Of a stretch of 64,000 nucleotides of DNA, positions 6,756-16,073 are shown piece by piece (the first letter of the stretch is position 1; every line of letters begins with the position of its first letter). Position numbers and translations under genes: made by a program. The stretch comes from Bacteroidetes bacterium ADurb.Bin139 (GTDB lineage: Bacteria; Bacteroidota; Bacteroidia; Bacteroidales; UBA932), in contig MWDM01000004.1 in assembly GCA_002070565.1 (NCBI GenBank), forward strand, positions 778 to 64,777, given 5' to 3'. The notes under the pieces were generated by a model. The model worked only from the letters and a program-made list of their open reading frames with translations, did not search any database and was not told where the DNA came from.

Positions 6756-7196
6756 GTGGAAAGCAGGCGTGAAATAGTAGCAATCACAGCCTTGCTACTT
6801 TTTTTGCTCATGCCCCTGGTAATCCTCCTTTTTGATCCCGGGGCAGATCATTTGCAGTCCAGCCAGTCATTCTGTCCGTTTAAAATGCTGACCGGACTGC
6901 CATGTCCCGGCTGTGGCATGGTCAAATCCATGGTATCCCTCTATAGGGGAGCATGGATGGAAAGCCTGGAATTCCATCTTTTCGGGCCTGTACTTGTCCT
7001 CTTCTTTACCAGTACTCTGGTTGTGAAGATTGTCGGGCTGATACGCAAAAAAGATTTTCCCTGCAGATGGCTGTACAATCCCCGGGTGGCCTGGTCCGTT
7101 GCCATAATTTTGGGAATCTGGCATCTGACAAGGCTGGTCAGTTTTATCCTCACGCATAATCTGGAGCAGATACTTAAAGAATCCATATGGTCTTGA
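6756..7196 (+). CDS. DUF2752-like membrane protein
   Basis: The CPFKMLTGLPCPGCGM motif is characteristic of DUF2752, and hydrophobic helices follow. The track start is GTG; the alternative in-frame start is the ATG at 6810. Confidence 0.6.
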   Translation: MESRREIVAITALLLFLLMPLVILLFDPGADHLQSSQSFCPFKMLTGLPCPGCGMVKSMVSLYRGAWMESLEFHLFGPVLVLFFTSTLVVKIVGLIRKKDFPCRWLYNPRVAWSVAIILGIWHLTRLVSFILTHNLEQILKESIWS

Positions 7197-7272
7197 ACGC
7201 AGTATCATGAAAATAAATGGAAGGCCATGCGTGCCAACGGTATAGACGAGCGGTACATAACCGGCCGGGACA

Positions 7273-7298
7273 GTGCCCAGGCGAAGATGATTGGGCAC
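7273..7298. terminator. Hairpin between convergent genes (7-bp GC-rich stem)
   Basis: gtgccca (7273-7279) and tgggcac (7292-7298) are complementary. There is no clear T-run, so terminator function is uncertain. Confidence 0.3.
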
Positions 7299-7345
7299 AG
7301 ACGTTAAGAATCATGACAAATATACAAAAAACCGAAAGAGAAGTC

Positions 7346-8047
7346 TTAACGGCGTCTTGAAAAGAGCGTGATGTAATAGAACAGGGTGGCCAGTGAGCTG
7401 ATAGCTGCTACAAAATAAGTATAGGCAGCCGATTTCAGGGCATCTTTAGTCATGGGGTATGTTTCATAGTTTGTGATTCCTGTGCTGTTGAGCCAGGCCA
7501 GTGCCCTTTGGCTTGCATTGACCTCTACAGGCAGTGTGATCAGACTAAAGAGGGTGGTTAGTGCAAACAGGATGATCCCTATGAGCATCAGTTGCGGAAA
7601 AGTATTGATAACAAGCATTCCGGCCACAATGACCCACATGACCCACTGTGAAGCAAAACTTACAACGGGGACCAGGGTAGAGCGCATTTTCAGGGGAACA
7701 TATCCTTTAGCGTGTTGCAGGGCGTGTCCGCTTTCGTGAGCGGCTACCGCAGCCGCCATGATGCTGTTGCTGTTGTAAACACCATCGCTCAGATTCACTG
7801 TTTTGGTCACAGGATTGTAATGGTCGGTAAGCCTGCCGCGTGTGGAAGTAACCTGAACATTGGTGATTCCGTTTTCCTGTAGCATCCTGCGGGCTACTTC
7901 TGCGCCCGTAAGTCCTGAGCTAACAGGGATTTTTGAATATTTAGAAAATTTTGACCTGAGGGTTGCCTGTACAATCCAGCTTAGCAGCATGATTCCTATT
8001 AAAAGGATCCAGTACATAGAAACAGGTGATGTGGCTTGCATTATCAA
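7346..8047 (-). CDS. Membrane zinc metallopeptidase (putative neutral zinc metallopeptidase family)
   Basis: It has an HESGHALQH zinc-binding motif, an N-terminal TM helix and C-terminal TM helices. Confidence 0.75.
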   Translation of the reverse strand: MIMQATSPVSMYWILLIGIMLLSWIVQATLRSKFSKYSKIPVSSGLTGAEVARRMLQENGITNVQVTSTRGRLTDHYNPVTKTVNLSDGVYNSNSIMAAAVAAHESGHALQHAKGYVPLKMRSTLVPVVSFASQWVMWVIVAGMLVINTFPQLMLIGIILFALTTLFSLITLPVEVNASQRALAWLNSTGITNYETYPMTKDALKSAAYTYFVAAISSLATLFYYITLFSRRR

Positions 8048-8097
8048 ATATTTTTTAAAAAAAAGAAAGCAAATTCAGTGCCGCGGACAATTATTTG

Positions 8098-8105
8098 TAC
8101 ATTTG
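8098..8105 (+). promoter_or_regulatory. -7 promoter box TACATTTG for the M16 peptidase gene
   Basis: It matches TAnnTTTG and lies 13 nt upstream of the ATG at 8119. It sits inside the longer track ORF, which argues for the 8119 start. Confidence 0.45.
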
Positions 8106-8118
8106 CATTAATAAAACC

Positions 8119-11052
8119 ATGATTATGCAACGTTTACACAAATTCACAACTGCCGTTTTGACACTAATTGCCTTTAGTGTCATACTATCATGCGGACCCC
8201 GTTACAGTTATCAGACTGTCGAAAGCGATCCGCTCAATGCGCGCATATATACACTGGACAATGGTCTTAAGGTATATATGACGGTTAACAAAGAAACCCC
8301 CAGGATCCAGACTTATATTGCCGTCAGGGTCGGGGGAAAGGATGACCCGTCAGAAACAACAGGACTTGCCCATTATTTTGAACACCTTATGTTCAAGGGA
8401 ACAAGCAAATTCGGTACCCAGAATTATGAAATGGAAAAACCCTTGCTGGACCAGATCGAAGTGCTTTTTGAGGAATACAGGGTCACAACTGATCCCGAAC
8501 AGCGCAAAGCCATTTACAGCCGCATTGACAGCATTTCACTGGAAGCCTCCAGGTATTCCATACCCAATGAATACGACAAGCTCATGTCGGCCATCGGGGC
8601 AACAGGAACCAATGCCGGCACAAGTTACGACCAGACTGTCTATATAGAGGATATTCCCTCTAACCAGATCAGGAATTGGGCCAGGATCCAGGCAGAACGT
8701 TTTTCTGACAACGTGATCCGTGGTTTTCATACCGAGCTGGAAACGGTTTACGAAGAGATGAATATGTACTCGACCATGGATAGCGAAAAAGTGATTGAAA
8801 AACTTTTTACCTCCCTCTTCCCTTCTCATCCCTATGGGACACAAACCATAATCGGAACCCAGGAGCACCTGAAAAATCCATCCATAACCAACATCAAAAA
8901 TTATTACGCCACTTATTACGTTCCAAACAATTCGGCCATTTGTCTTTCGGGAGATTTTGATCCGGACGAAATGATTGCTGTAATAGATGAGTATTTTGGT
9001 TCATGGGCACCCAATCCTGATCTTCCTGAGCGTGCCCTGACACAGGAAGAACCCGTTACAGGGCCTCTGCAGGCTGAAGTATGGGGATTGGAATCGGAAT
9101 ATGTCACCATAGGCTGGCAGGGTCCTCACATTGCTTCTGATCAAGATGCCTTGTTTACCATTCTTGGAGAAGTACTCAGTAATGGAAGAGCCGGAATTAT
9201 GGATCTGGATCTGAACCAACAGCAAAAAGTGCTGCAGGCCGGGGCATTCGCATACATGCTTGCCGACCGCAGCACGCTTGTCTTTGAGGGGAAACCCAGA
9301 CAAGGACAAAGCCTGGACCAGGTGAAAGACCTGATGCTGGGAAGTCTGGATAAGATCAGACGCGGGGAGTTTGATGACACCCTGCTCAAGGCTGTGGTCA
9401 ACAACTACAAACTCAATATGATGCGCAGGCTGGAGAGCAACCGCGGGCGCGCCAATATGTTTGTCAGTTCTTTTGTCAACGGGATACCCTGGGAACAGCA
9501 GATTCGTTTCATTGACCGTATGGAGGCTGTGACCAAGGATGACCTGGTGGCGTTTGCCAACCAGTATTTCAAGGATGACAATTATGCCGTCATTTATAAA
9601 AGACAAGGTCCAGACACCTCTTATAAAAAGATAGAAAAGCCCGAGATCACCCCCATTTACACGAACAGAGATACTTCTTCAGCCTTTTTGAAAGAGATCA
9701 TCGCCTCTGCAGTTGAACCCATAGAACCTGTATTTGTTGATTTCGAGAAAGATTTTATGAAAAAATCACTTCGCCAGGGAGTCAACATGGTCTATGTTCC
9801 CAACACCCTGAATGACCTGTTTACCCTGATGATAGTCTATGAAACCGGAAGCGTGAATGACAGGGCTTTGCCCCTTGCGTTTGACTATCTTAATTACCTG
9901 GGTACTGCCGGTAAAACGGCCGAGCAGATCAGCACGGCATTCTATGAACTGGCTTGTACATTCAACACCTTTGTATCACAGAACACATGCACCATAAGCC
10001 TGAACGGATTGTCCGAGAACATGCAGCCTGCCCTGGAGCTTCTGACAGAGTTGATAACCGGTGCAAAGGCAGATCCGGATGTATACAAAACACTGACTGC
10101 CAATATCCTGAAAAGCCGTTCAGACGCAAAGGGAGACCAAAGGACCAATTTCCAGCGCCTGCAGAATTATGTACAATACGGACCCCTGAATCCCATGACC
10201 AACATTGTGCCCGCAAATGAACTCAGAACAATAGATCCGGGTTTGCTGCCAGGCAAAATCCGGGACCTGCTTAAATATGAGGCAGATGTATATTATTTTG
10301 GACCAGCAACCATGGACCAGGCCGGAGAAATCTTCACTGCTTCATACCCCATGGCCGACAGCCTTGTGCCGGTTCCTGAAAAAGAGTATTTCAAACCACA
10401 GATTACCACAGAAAACACCGTTTACCTGGCTCAGTATGATGCCAATCAGATGTACTACTCGACGTATTCGGCAAGGGAGAACGAAACCTACGAAACTATT
10501 CCCTATGCCGTGGCCAGGATGTATAACGAGTATTTCGGATCTTCAATGAATGCCATTGTTTTCCAGGAAATGAGGGAGGCCAGGGGTCTGGCATACAGTG
10601 CCAGTGCCCGGTTTTCAGAACCTGCCCTGAACAAAGAAGGATTTCCCTATATTTTCTCCAGTTTCATTGCCACCCAGAACGATAAGATGGGCCAGGCCAT
10701 AGAAGCCTTTGAGGATATCATTAACAACATGCCCGAATCCGAGAAATCATTCTCTCTGGCAAAAGACGGACTTATCTCTACCCTCAGAACAGAGCGCATC
10801 ACCGGAAGAAATCTGTTGAACTTTTACCGCCAGGCAAAAGAAAAAGACCTTTGGACAGACATGAGAAAGGTTGTTTTTGAAGAAGCCGGCTCCCTGACCC
10901 TGCAGGATGTGGTGGCATTCCAGCGCCAGTGGATCAGCAACAGACCTGTAACTTACTGTATTTTAAGTGATATAAAGGCGCTTGATTTGAAGGATCTTGC
11001 CTCTTACGGAAAAATTGTCAAGCTTTCGTCTGAGGATATATTTGGATATTGA
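8119..11052 (+). CDS. M16 (insulinase/pitrilysin) family zinc peptidase, lipoprotein
   Basis: It carries the inverted zinc motif HYFEHLMFKGT (HxxEH), has the two-module length of about 977 aa, and has a lipobox-like VILSC. Confidence 0.85.
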   Translation: MIMQRLHKFTTAVLTLIAFSVILSCGPRYSYQTVESDPLNARIYTLDNGLKVYMTVNKETPRIQTYIAVRVGGKDDPSETTGLAHYFEHLMFKGTSKFGTQNYEMEKPLLDQIEVLFEEYRVTTDPEQRKAIYSRIDSISLEASRYSIPNEYDKLMSAIGATGTNAGTSYDQTVYIEDIPSNQIRNWARIQAERFSDNVIRGFHTELETVYEEMNMYSTMDSEKVIEKLFTSLFPSHPYGTQTIIGTQEHLKNPSITNIKNYYATYYVPNNSAICLSGDFDPDEMIAVIDEYFGSWAPNPDLPERALTQEEPVTGPLQAEVWGLESEYVTIGWQGPHIASDQDALFTILGEVLSNGRAGIMDLDLNQQQKVLQAGAFAYMLADRSTLVFEGKPRQGQSLDQVKDLMLGSLDKIRRGEFDDTLLKAVVNNYKLNMMRRLESNRGRANMFVSSFVNGIPWEQQIRFIDRMEAVTKDDLVAFANQYFKDDNYAVIYKRQGPDTSYKKIEKPEITPIYTNRDTSSAFLKEIIASAVEPIEPVFVDFEKDFMKKSLRQGVNMVYVPNTLNDLFTLMIVYETGSVNDRALPLAFDYLNYLGTAGKTAEQISTAFYELACTFNTFVSQNTCTISLNGLSENMQPALELLTELITGAKADPDVYKTLTANILKSRSDAKGDQRTNFQRLQNYVQYGPLNPMTNIVPANELRTIDPGLLPGKIRDLLKYEADVYYFGPATMDQAGEIFTASYPMADSLVPVPEKEYFKPQITTENTVYLAQYDANQMYYSTYSARENETYETIPYAVARMYNEYFGSSMNAIVFQEMREARGLAYSASARFSEPALNKEGFPYIFSSFIATQNDKMGQAIEAFEDIINNMPESEKSFSLAKDGLISTLRTERITGRNLLNFYRQAKEKDLWTDMRKVVFEEAGSLTLQDVVAFQRQWISNRPVTYCILSDIKALDLKDLASYGKIVKLSSEDIFGY

Positions 11053-11171
11053 GATTATCATGAAATTATTTTTAGTTGAAATAAATGGGCCGTTCGTTTA
11101 AGGAAAAGATACATTGGCAGATAATAGTCCCTTTCAAAGAAATACTGCTTGTTTAAATTAAACCGGACAGT

Positions 11172-11179
11172 TAACTTTG
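11172..11179 (+). promoter_or_regulatory. -7 promoter box TAACTTTG in an ORF-free intergenic region
   Basis: It matches TAnnTTTG. A TTG (-33-like) lies about 20 nt upstream at 11149-11151. Confidence 0.35.
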
Positions 11180-11185
11180 CCACTA

Positions 11186-11280
11186 GGATAAATAATGAAT
11201 GGTTTTTTGAACTAAAAACGTACACAAAAAGATGCGAAATCTTTTTTACAGGTGGGAGATCTAAATCCCGCCTTTTTTTA
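11186..11280 (+). ncRNA. Candidate small RNA (~95 nt) bounded by a promoter-like box and an intrinsic terminator
   Basis: No ORF longer than 13 codons is present. The upstream -7 box is at 11172 and an internal hairpin gtttt.../...aaaac lies at about 11202-11219. A terminal hairpin plus T7 follows. The 5' end is estimated, not observed. Confidence 0.3.
11251..11279 (+). terminator. Rho-independent terminator
   Basis: ggtggga (11251-11257) pairs with tcccgcc (11266-11272), giving 7 bp including one G-U. It is followed by TTTTTTT (11273-11279). Confidence 0.6.
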
Positions 11281-11318
11281 TTTTATAAATCCCGGGTTAA
11301 TTGTATATTCGCAAACTA

Positions 11319-12359
11319 ATGCCTATGACACAACCTCGCGTATACGAATTTAACCGGGAACTCAAAAAGCTGCGCCGGCTTGAAAATATCACATTATGGG
11401 GTATCATAGTAGTGGCCTTACTAAACCAGCTGTTGACACAGCAGAACGTCTTTCCTTTGTGGGCTATACAATTGCCTTTTTTATTAGGATTGATCATCCA
11501 CCACTATATATACGTTCCGCTATTTCTGCTAAAGTCCAATTATTTCACCTATTTTTTACTGCTCTTCATACTGCTCCTGGGGATTGTCTTTTCAAGCGAG
11601 GCCATCATTGATATTCTGGATGAACAATATGGGATAAGATGGACCAATCTGATCCCTTACGAATCCACTATGCTGAGCAATTTTGTGGTTGCCATGCTCC
11701 TTATGGGTATGGATGTGGCTATCAGAATGATATTCAACAACATTAAAGAAAAAATGCTCGCCCACGAGGCTGACAACAAGCTGATGAACTACAAAATGGA
11801 ATTTCTCCAGTTTCAGATCAGTCCCCATTTTTTAATGAATACGCTCAACAATATCCATGTACTGGTAGACACAGATGAAAAAAAGGCTAAAGAGGCCATA
11901 GTTAGCCTTTCCAGACTCTTACGTCATATGTTGTATGAAAGCACACCAGAATCCAAAGTGTCCCTGGAAAGGCAATTGGCTGTAATCAGGGCATACTGCG
12001 ACCTTAACCTGTTACGATACGGTGAAAATGTAAAACTAAACATTACAGTGCCCCGGGATATCCCCAGCGTACAGATGCCCCCGCTGATCATGATTGTTTT
12101 TATTGAAAATGCTTTCAAACACGGAATCGTATACGGAGAAGAAACCCATATTAACATGAATTTCTGGGTAGAACCGGACTTCTTCCATTTTTCTATTTCC
12201 AACACGGTGTTTCCCGATAAACCAAAAAGTGTTAAACCGGGAGGCCTGGGTATAAAGAATGTAAAAGAACGGCTGAACCTGCTTTATGGTGACAGCTACA
12301 AACTTACCATAGAGCAGACACAATCAGAATATTTTGTACATTTGCAATTGCCCCTATAG
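11319..12359 (+). CDS. Sensor histidine kinase, LytS/YehU type (His_kinase domain plus HATPase)
   Basis: FLQFQISPHFLMNTLNNIH is the LytS-type phosphoacceptor motif. The N-terminus has multiple TM helices and the C-terminus has GGLGIKNVKERL. The ATG at 11319 follows a TATATTCG near-consensus box. Confidence 0.8.
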   Translation: MPMTQPRVYEFNRELKKLRRLENITLWGIIVVALLNQLLTQQNVFPLWAIQLPFLLGLIIHHYIYVPLFLLKSNYFTYFLLLFILLLGIVFSSEAIIDILDEQYGIRWTNLIPYESTMLSNFVVAMLLMGMDVAIRMIFNNIKEKMLAHEADNKLMNYKMEFLQFQISPHFLMNTLNNIHVLVDTDEKKAKEAIVSLSRLLRHMLYESTPESKVSLERQLAVIRAYCDLNLLRYGENVKLNITVPRDIPSVQMPPLIMIVFIENAFKHGIVYGEETHINMNFWVEPDFFHFSISNTVFPDKPKSVKPGGLGIKNVKERLNLLYGDSYKLTIEQTQSEYFVHLQLPL

Positions 12360-12369
12360 TTTGTGAATT

Positions 12370-13152
12370 ATGAACATCAGGTGTTTAGTCATTGACGATG
12401 AGCCGCTTGCACTGCAGCAGCTTGTGTCTTGTGTGGGTAAAATACCATACCTTGAGCTTGTAAAGGCCTGTTCCGGTCCGACTGAAGCTATGCAGGTCAT
12501 GGCCAGTGAAAAGATAGACGCTATCTTCACAGATATTGAAATGCCCGATATCAACGGGTTGGAATACATACGTTCACTTAAGAATAAGCCAATTATTGTT
12601 TTTGTTACCGCATACGCCGACTTTGCCGTAGAAGGATTTCAGGTGGATGCTACAGATTATCTTTTAAAACCATTCAGTCTTGCCGATTTTATGAGAAGCG
12701 CCGATAAGGTCAAGCAGCAGTTTGACCTGCGCAATGCTGCATCTCCGGCCAGGGATAAGCCTGTTGCCAACTCTGAAGAAGAACCCGGTGACAACTGGAA
12801 GAAAAAAGCATCGGCCAGGTGGGAGAATGAATATATGTTTGTACGTGCCGATTCAAGAACGGTAAGGTTGAAGATTTCCGATATCCAGTATATTGAAAGC
12901 CGTAAGGAATACGTAGTGATATTCTCTGAGAACAGCATCCCGGTAATGACCCTGTTCAGCCTCAAATCCATAGAGGAAAAATTACCCAAAGATGTTTTCA
13001 TGCGGGTACACCGCTCTTTTATTGTTAATCTGACCAAGATTACGGAAGTAGTTCAGAACCGTATCGTGTTTGGTAAGGATGCCAGCGTTCCCCTTGGAGA
13101 TCAGTACAAAAAAGATTTTCAAAATTTTCTGAACCAGTATTTTCTCAAATAA
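12370..13152 (+). CDS. LytTR-family DNA-binding response regulator
   Basis: The receiver domain is visible (LVIDDEPLA...DAIFTDIEMPDINGLE...KPF). The C-terminal LytTR region includes RVHRSFIVNL. Confidence 0.85.
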   Translation: MNIRCLVIDDEPLALQQLVSCVGKIPYLELVKACSGPTEAMQVMASEKIDAIFTDIEMPDINGLEYIRSLKNKPIIVFVTAYADFAVEGFQVDATDYLLKPFSLADFMRSADKVKQQFDLRNAASPARDKPVANSEEEPGDNWKKKASARWENEYMFVRADSRTVRLKISDIQYIESRKEYVVIFSENSIPVMTLFSLKSIEEKLPKDVFMRVHRSFIVNLTKITEVVQNRIVFGKDASVPLGDQYKKDFQNFLNQYFLK

Positions 13153-13157
13153 TTGGT

Positions 13158-14048
13158 ATGTTGCCTGTACTGCAAAGTATACGTCCCCGGACATTATTCC
13201 TGTCGGTTTCCTCTGTGTTGGCCGGTTCTTTTTTGGCAAGGGCACAGGGTCACTTTTCCTGGCTTGTTTTTTTCTTATTGCTGTCTACAGCATGCCTTCT
13301 GCAGAGCTTGTCCAACCTGGTCAACGAGCTTGGTGACTGGAAAAAAGGCACAGACAAAGACCAGTCGGGGCGTAAATCCCTGAGCCTTCAAAGTGGCAGA
13401 TTGACAGAACGGCAACTGATCATAGCCATGTTCACAGTCGCCATCCTCTCTATACTTTCGGGCCTGGGACTAATTCGTGCTGCCTTTGGGACACTCAGCG
13501 ATACACTTCCCATGCTGTTTATTGTCCTGGGAGCTGTTGCATTGTTAGCCGCAGTATTTTATTCGGCCGGGAAAAGACCTTATGGTTATTTGGGGGCAGG
13601 AGACTTGTCTGTATTTCTTTTTTTTGGTCTGGCCGGAGTGGCAGGCAGCTATTACCTTTTCACCTTGTCTGCCGATACAGCCGTTTTGTATATTGCCTCG
13701 GCCATGGGATTGCTTATCACTGCTGTATTGAATGTGAATAATATAAGGGATTTTGATAACGACAGACGTTATGGCAAGATTACTTTTGCCTTGATATTAT
13801 CCAGGTTAGCAAAAAGCGGTTCTACTGCACCCGCAAAAATTTATCAAATAGTTCTGATTTCCCTGGCCATGGTTTTGTCTGCTGTTTACGCCATCACATC
13901 CGAAACAGGGACTTTTTTATTTCTGGTCTCTTTGCCTTTGCTGGTGATACACCTTATCATGGTCATCAAAAGAGAGGGCGCCTCTCTGGACAATGCATTG
14001 AAAATGCTTATATTAGGCGTATTCGTATACGCACTATCCCTATTTTAG
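13158..14048 (+). CDS. menA: 1,4-dihydroxy-2-naphthoate polyprenyltransferase (UbiA superfamily)
   Basis: It is a polytopic membrane protein with UbiA-type Asp-rich motifs (NELGDWKKGTD and NNIRDFDND). Its length and N-terminus are typical of MenA. Confidence 0.75.
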   Translation: MLPVLQSIRPRTLFLSVSSVLAGSFLARAQGHFSWLVFFLLLSTACLLQSLSNLVNELGDWKKGTDKDQSGRKSLSLQSGRLTERQLIIAMFTVAILSILSGLGLIRAAFGTLSDTLPMLFIVLGAVALLAAVFYSAGKRPYGYLGAGDLSVFLFFGLAGVAGSYYLFTLSADTAVLYIASAMGLLITAVLNVNNIRDFDNDRRYGKITFALILSRLAKSGSTAPAKIYQIVLISLAMVLSAVYAITSETGTFLFLVSLPLLVIHLIMVIKREGASLDNALKMLILGVFVYALSLF

Positions 14049-16073
14049 CCGTTTTCTCTTTGGATAGGTAATACGGGAATGGTACATTTCCTGGATCTGA
14101 ACTTTTAAAGTATTTTCTATCCGGCGCACGTTTCTGTAAGTGATTTCGGCATACTGCAGCTGGTCTTCAGAAATTCTTTGCCGAACCATCCTGTTTACCA
14201 TGGCCGAGATACTTTCAGGGGTGTAATCTTTCAGACTCCTGCAGGCGGCTTCCACAGCGTCTGCAAGCATGACAACCACCTGTTCGGGTGTGGTGGGCAA
14301 TTGACCGTCATAGGTAAAATCCTCCACGTTTAAGGGGTCTCCTCCTTCGTTACACCAGGTCGTATAAAAAAATTCGGTACGTGTGCGGCCATGGTGTGTT
14401 TCAATGAAATCGCTCACCAGAGAGGGAAGGCTATATTTTTTAGCCAGTTTTTTTCCGTCTTCCACGTGCTGGATCACGATCCGGGCGCTCTCCCTGGGGT
14501 TGAGCAGGGAATGGGGATTGAAACTGGCAGTCTGGTTTTCGGCAAAATACTGGGGGTTGTTGATTTTGCCAATATCGTGATACAGGGCACCGACACGGCA
14601 AAGAAGCGCGTCGGCCCCGATTGTCCGCGCAGCGGTCTCGGCCAGGTTGGCTACCTGTAATGAATGTTGCATGGTTCCGGGTGCTTTTTCAGAAAGTTCT
14701 CTCAGGGCTTTATTTCCTGTATCGGCCAGATCCCTGAGTCGCGATACGGAAACAAATCCAAATATTTTTTCAAACAAAAAGACCAGAGGGTAGGAGGCTA
14801 TCATAAGGATTGAAGCAACCCCGTAATTTCTGAAAACTCCCCAGGTTAAGCGTTCTAAAGTTCCTTCAGAGATCAGGTGAATGGCCAGGTCAATGAATAA
14901 ATAAGCAATAAAAACCAGTAAGGCAGACAGGAATTGCTGCCAGCCCCTCCCCCAGAAACGGAATACATATATGGCAACACCACCGGCAATAATGTTGATG
15001 AGGGCAATGTGATAACTGTCTGTGATCACTGCCAGGGGTATGAGGAAAACAATGTATAAAGGAAGTGAAAATCGGGTTGGGAAAAATGAGTCCATAAACA
15101 GGACAATCACAGGAAAAGGAAGCAGGTACAAAGCAGCCGGGTCAATTTTATATACTATTGATGATCCGCTCACAACGATCACAAACAGTAACAATGTGAA
15201 AATCAGTTCCGGTGTGTTGTGAATCAACTTTGGACGGATGGCCTGGATAAGAATAAACAACAGAAAAAGCGAAAGAATGATAATCAGGCTCTGTCCTACT
15301 ATCAACAAGGTGATATTGCCTGAAAAACCAATTTTTGAATTGTATTCTGCACGGAGTGAGTTCAGGATCTGTTCCGTTGTGCCGGTAACGACTTCTCCCT
15401 TACTGATAATCCGCTGTCCTGTGTGCACAATCCCTTTGGTTAGCGAGATATCCTGCAGGCTGCTTGACTGAACGGCAAGCGTAGTGCTTTCGTCATACAG
15501 CAGGTTGGGCACCAGGAATACGGAAAAATCGATACCGGCAGACTTCATTTCGCCGGCTTCCTTTCTGGATAGTGTTTCCAGATTGCTCAGGAAATAATCG
15601 TTTGCAGATGAAAGTGAGAATACCTCTGTAAGCGCTTTTTTATCAGCCATCTTTCCCTGTACTATGGCAAGACCGGTTTCCGGATTCAATTCATCATAAC
15701 GGGCATTGTCCATGATGCCCCTGCCATATATAGTCTTGTAAAGGGTAAGCAGTTTGCCCTGAAGCTCGTCTGAGAGTCCTGCCTGTGCAGCATCTTCCGT
15801 GAAAGTCCTGAGTTGAACGGCTTCAATATCCGGTTTTAAAAAGAAATAAGGAGTGAAGTGTCTGGAGATTTTCTCACGTTCCAGGCGTAATTCTTCTTCA
15901 GTTTTCAAAATCGGAAAATCAAAGGTTGCGTCCAGGTTATCATACATCCAGGGACTGCCTTTCTGATATTGGTATTTGAACTGGCCCTCACGCGGCAGTG
16001 AAATGACCATAATGAATGCAGCCAAAACAAATAACAATAGTACGATAAGGATATATTTCTCTTTCTTAATCAT
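14040..16073 (-). CDS. 7TM-receptor/HD-domain phosphohydrolase (PgpH-type HDIG protein)
   Basis: It has an extracellular N-domain, seven TM helices and a C-terminal HD domain (HSLQVANLAE...LYHDIGK...HHG). Confidence 0.8.
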   Translation of the reverse strand: MIKKEKYILIVLLLFVLAAFIMVISLPREGQFKYQYQKGSPWMYDNLDATFDFPILKTEEELRLEREKISRHFTPYFFLKPDIEAVQLRTFTEDAAQAGLSDELQGKLLTLYKTIYGRGIMDNARYDELNPETGLAIVQGKMADKKALTEVFSLSSANDYFLSNLETLSRKEAGEMKSAGIDFSVFLVPNLLYDESTTLAVQSSSLQDISLTKGIVHTGQRIISKGEVVTGTTEQILNSLRAEYNSKIGFSGNITLLIVGQSLIIILSLFLLFILIQAIRPKLIHNTPELIFTLLLFVIVVSGSSIVYKIDPAALYLLPFPVIVLFMDSFFPTRFSLPLYIVFLIPLAVITDSYHIALINIIAGGVAIYVFRFWGRGWQQFLSALLVFIAYLFIDLAIHLISEGTLERLTWGVFRNYGVASILMIASYPLVFLFEKIFGFVSVSRLRDLADTGNKALRELSEKAPGTMQHSLQVANLAETAARTIGADALLCRVGALYHDIGKINNPQYFAENQTASFNPHSLLNPRESARIVIQHVEDGKKLAKKYSLPSLVSDFIETHHGRTRTEFFYTTWCNEGGDPLNVEDFTYDGQLPTTPEQVVVMLADAVEAACRSLKDYTPESISAMVNRMVRQRISEDQLQYAEITYRNVRRIENTLKVQIQEMYHSRITYPKRKRLK

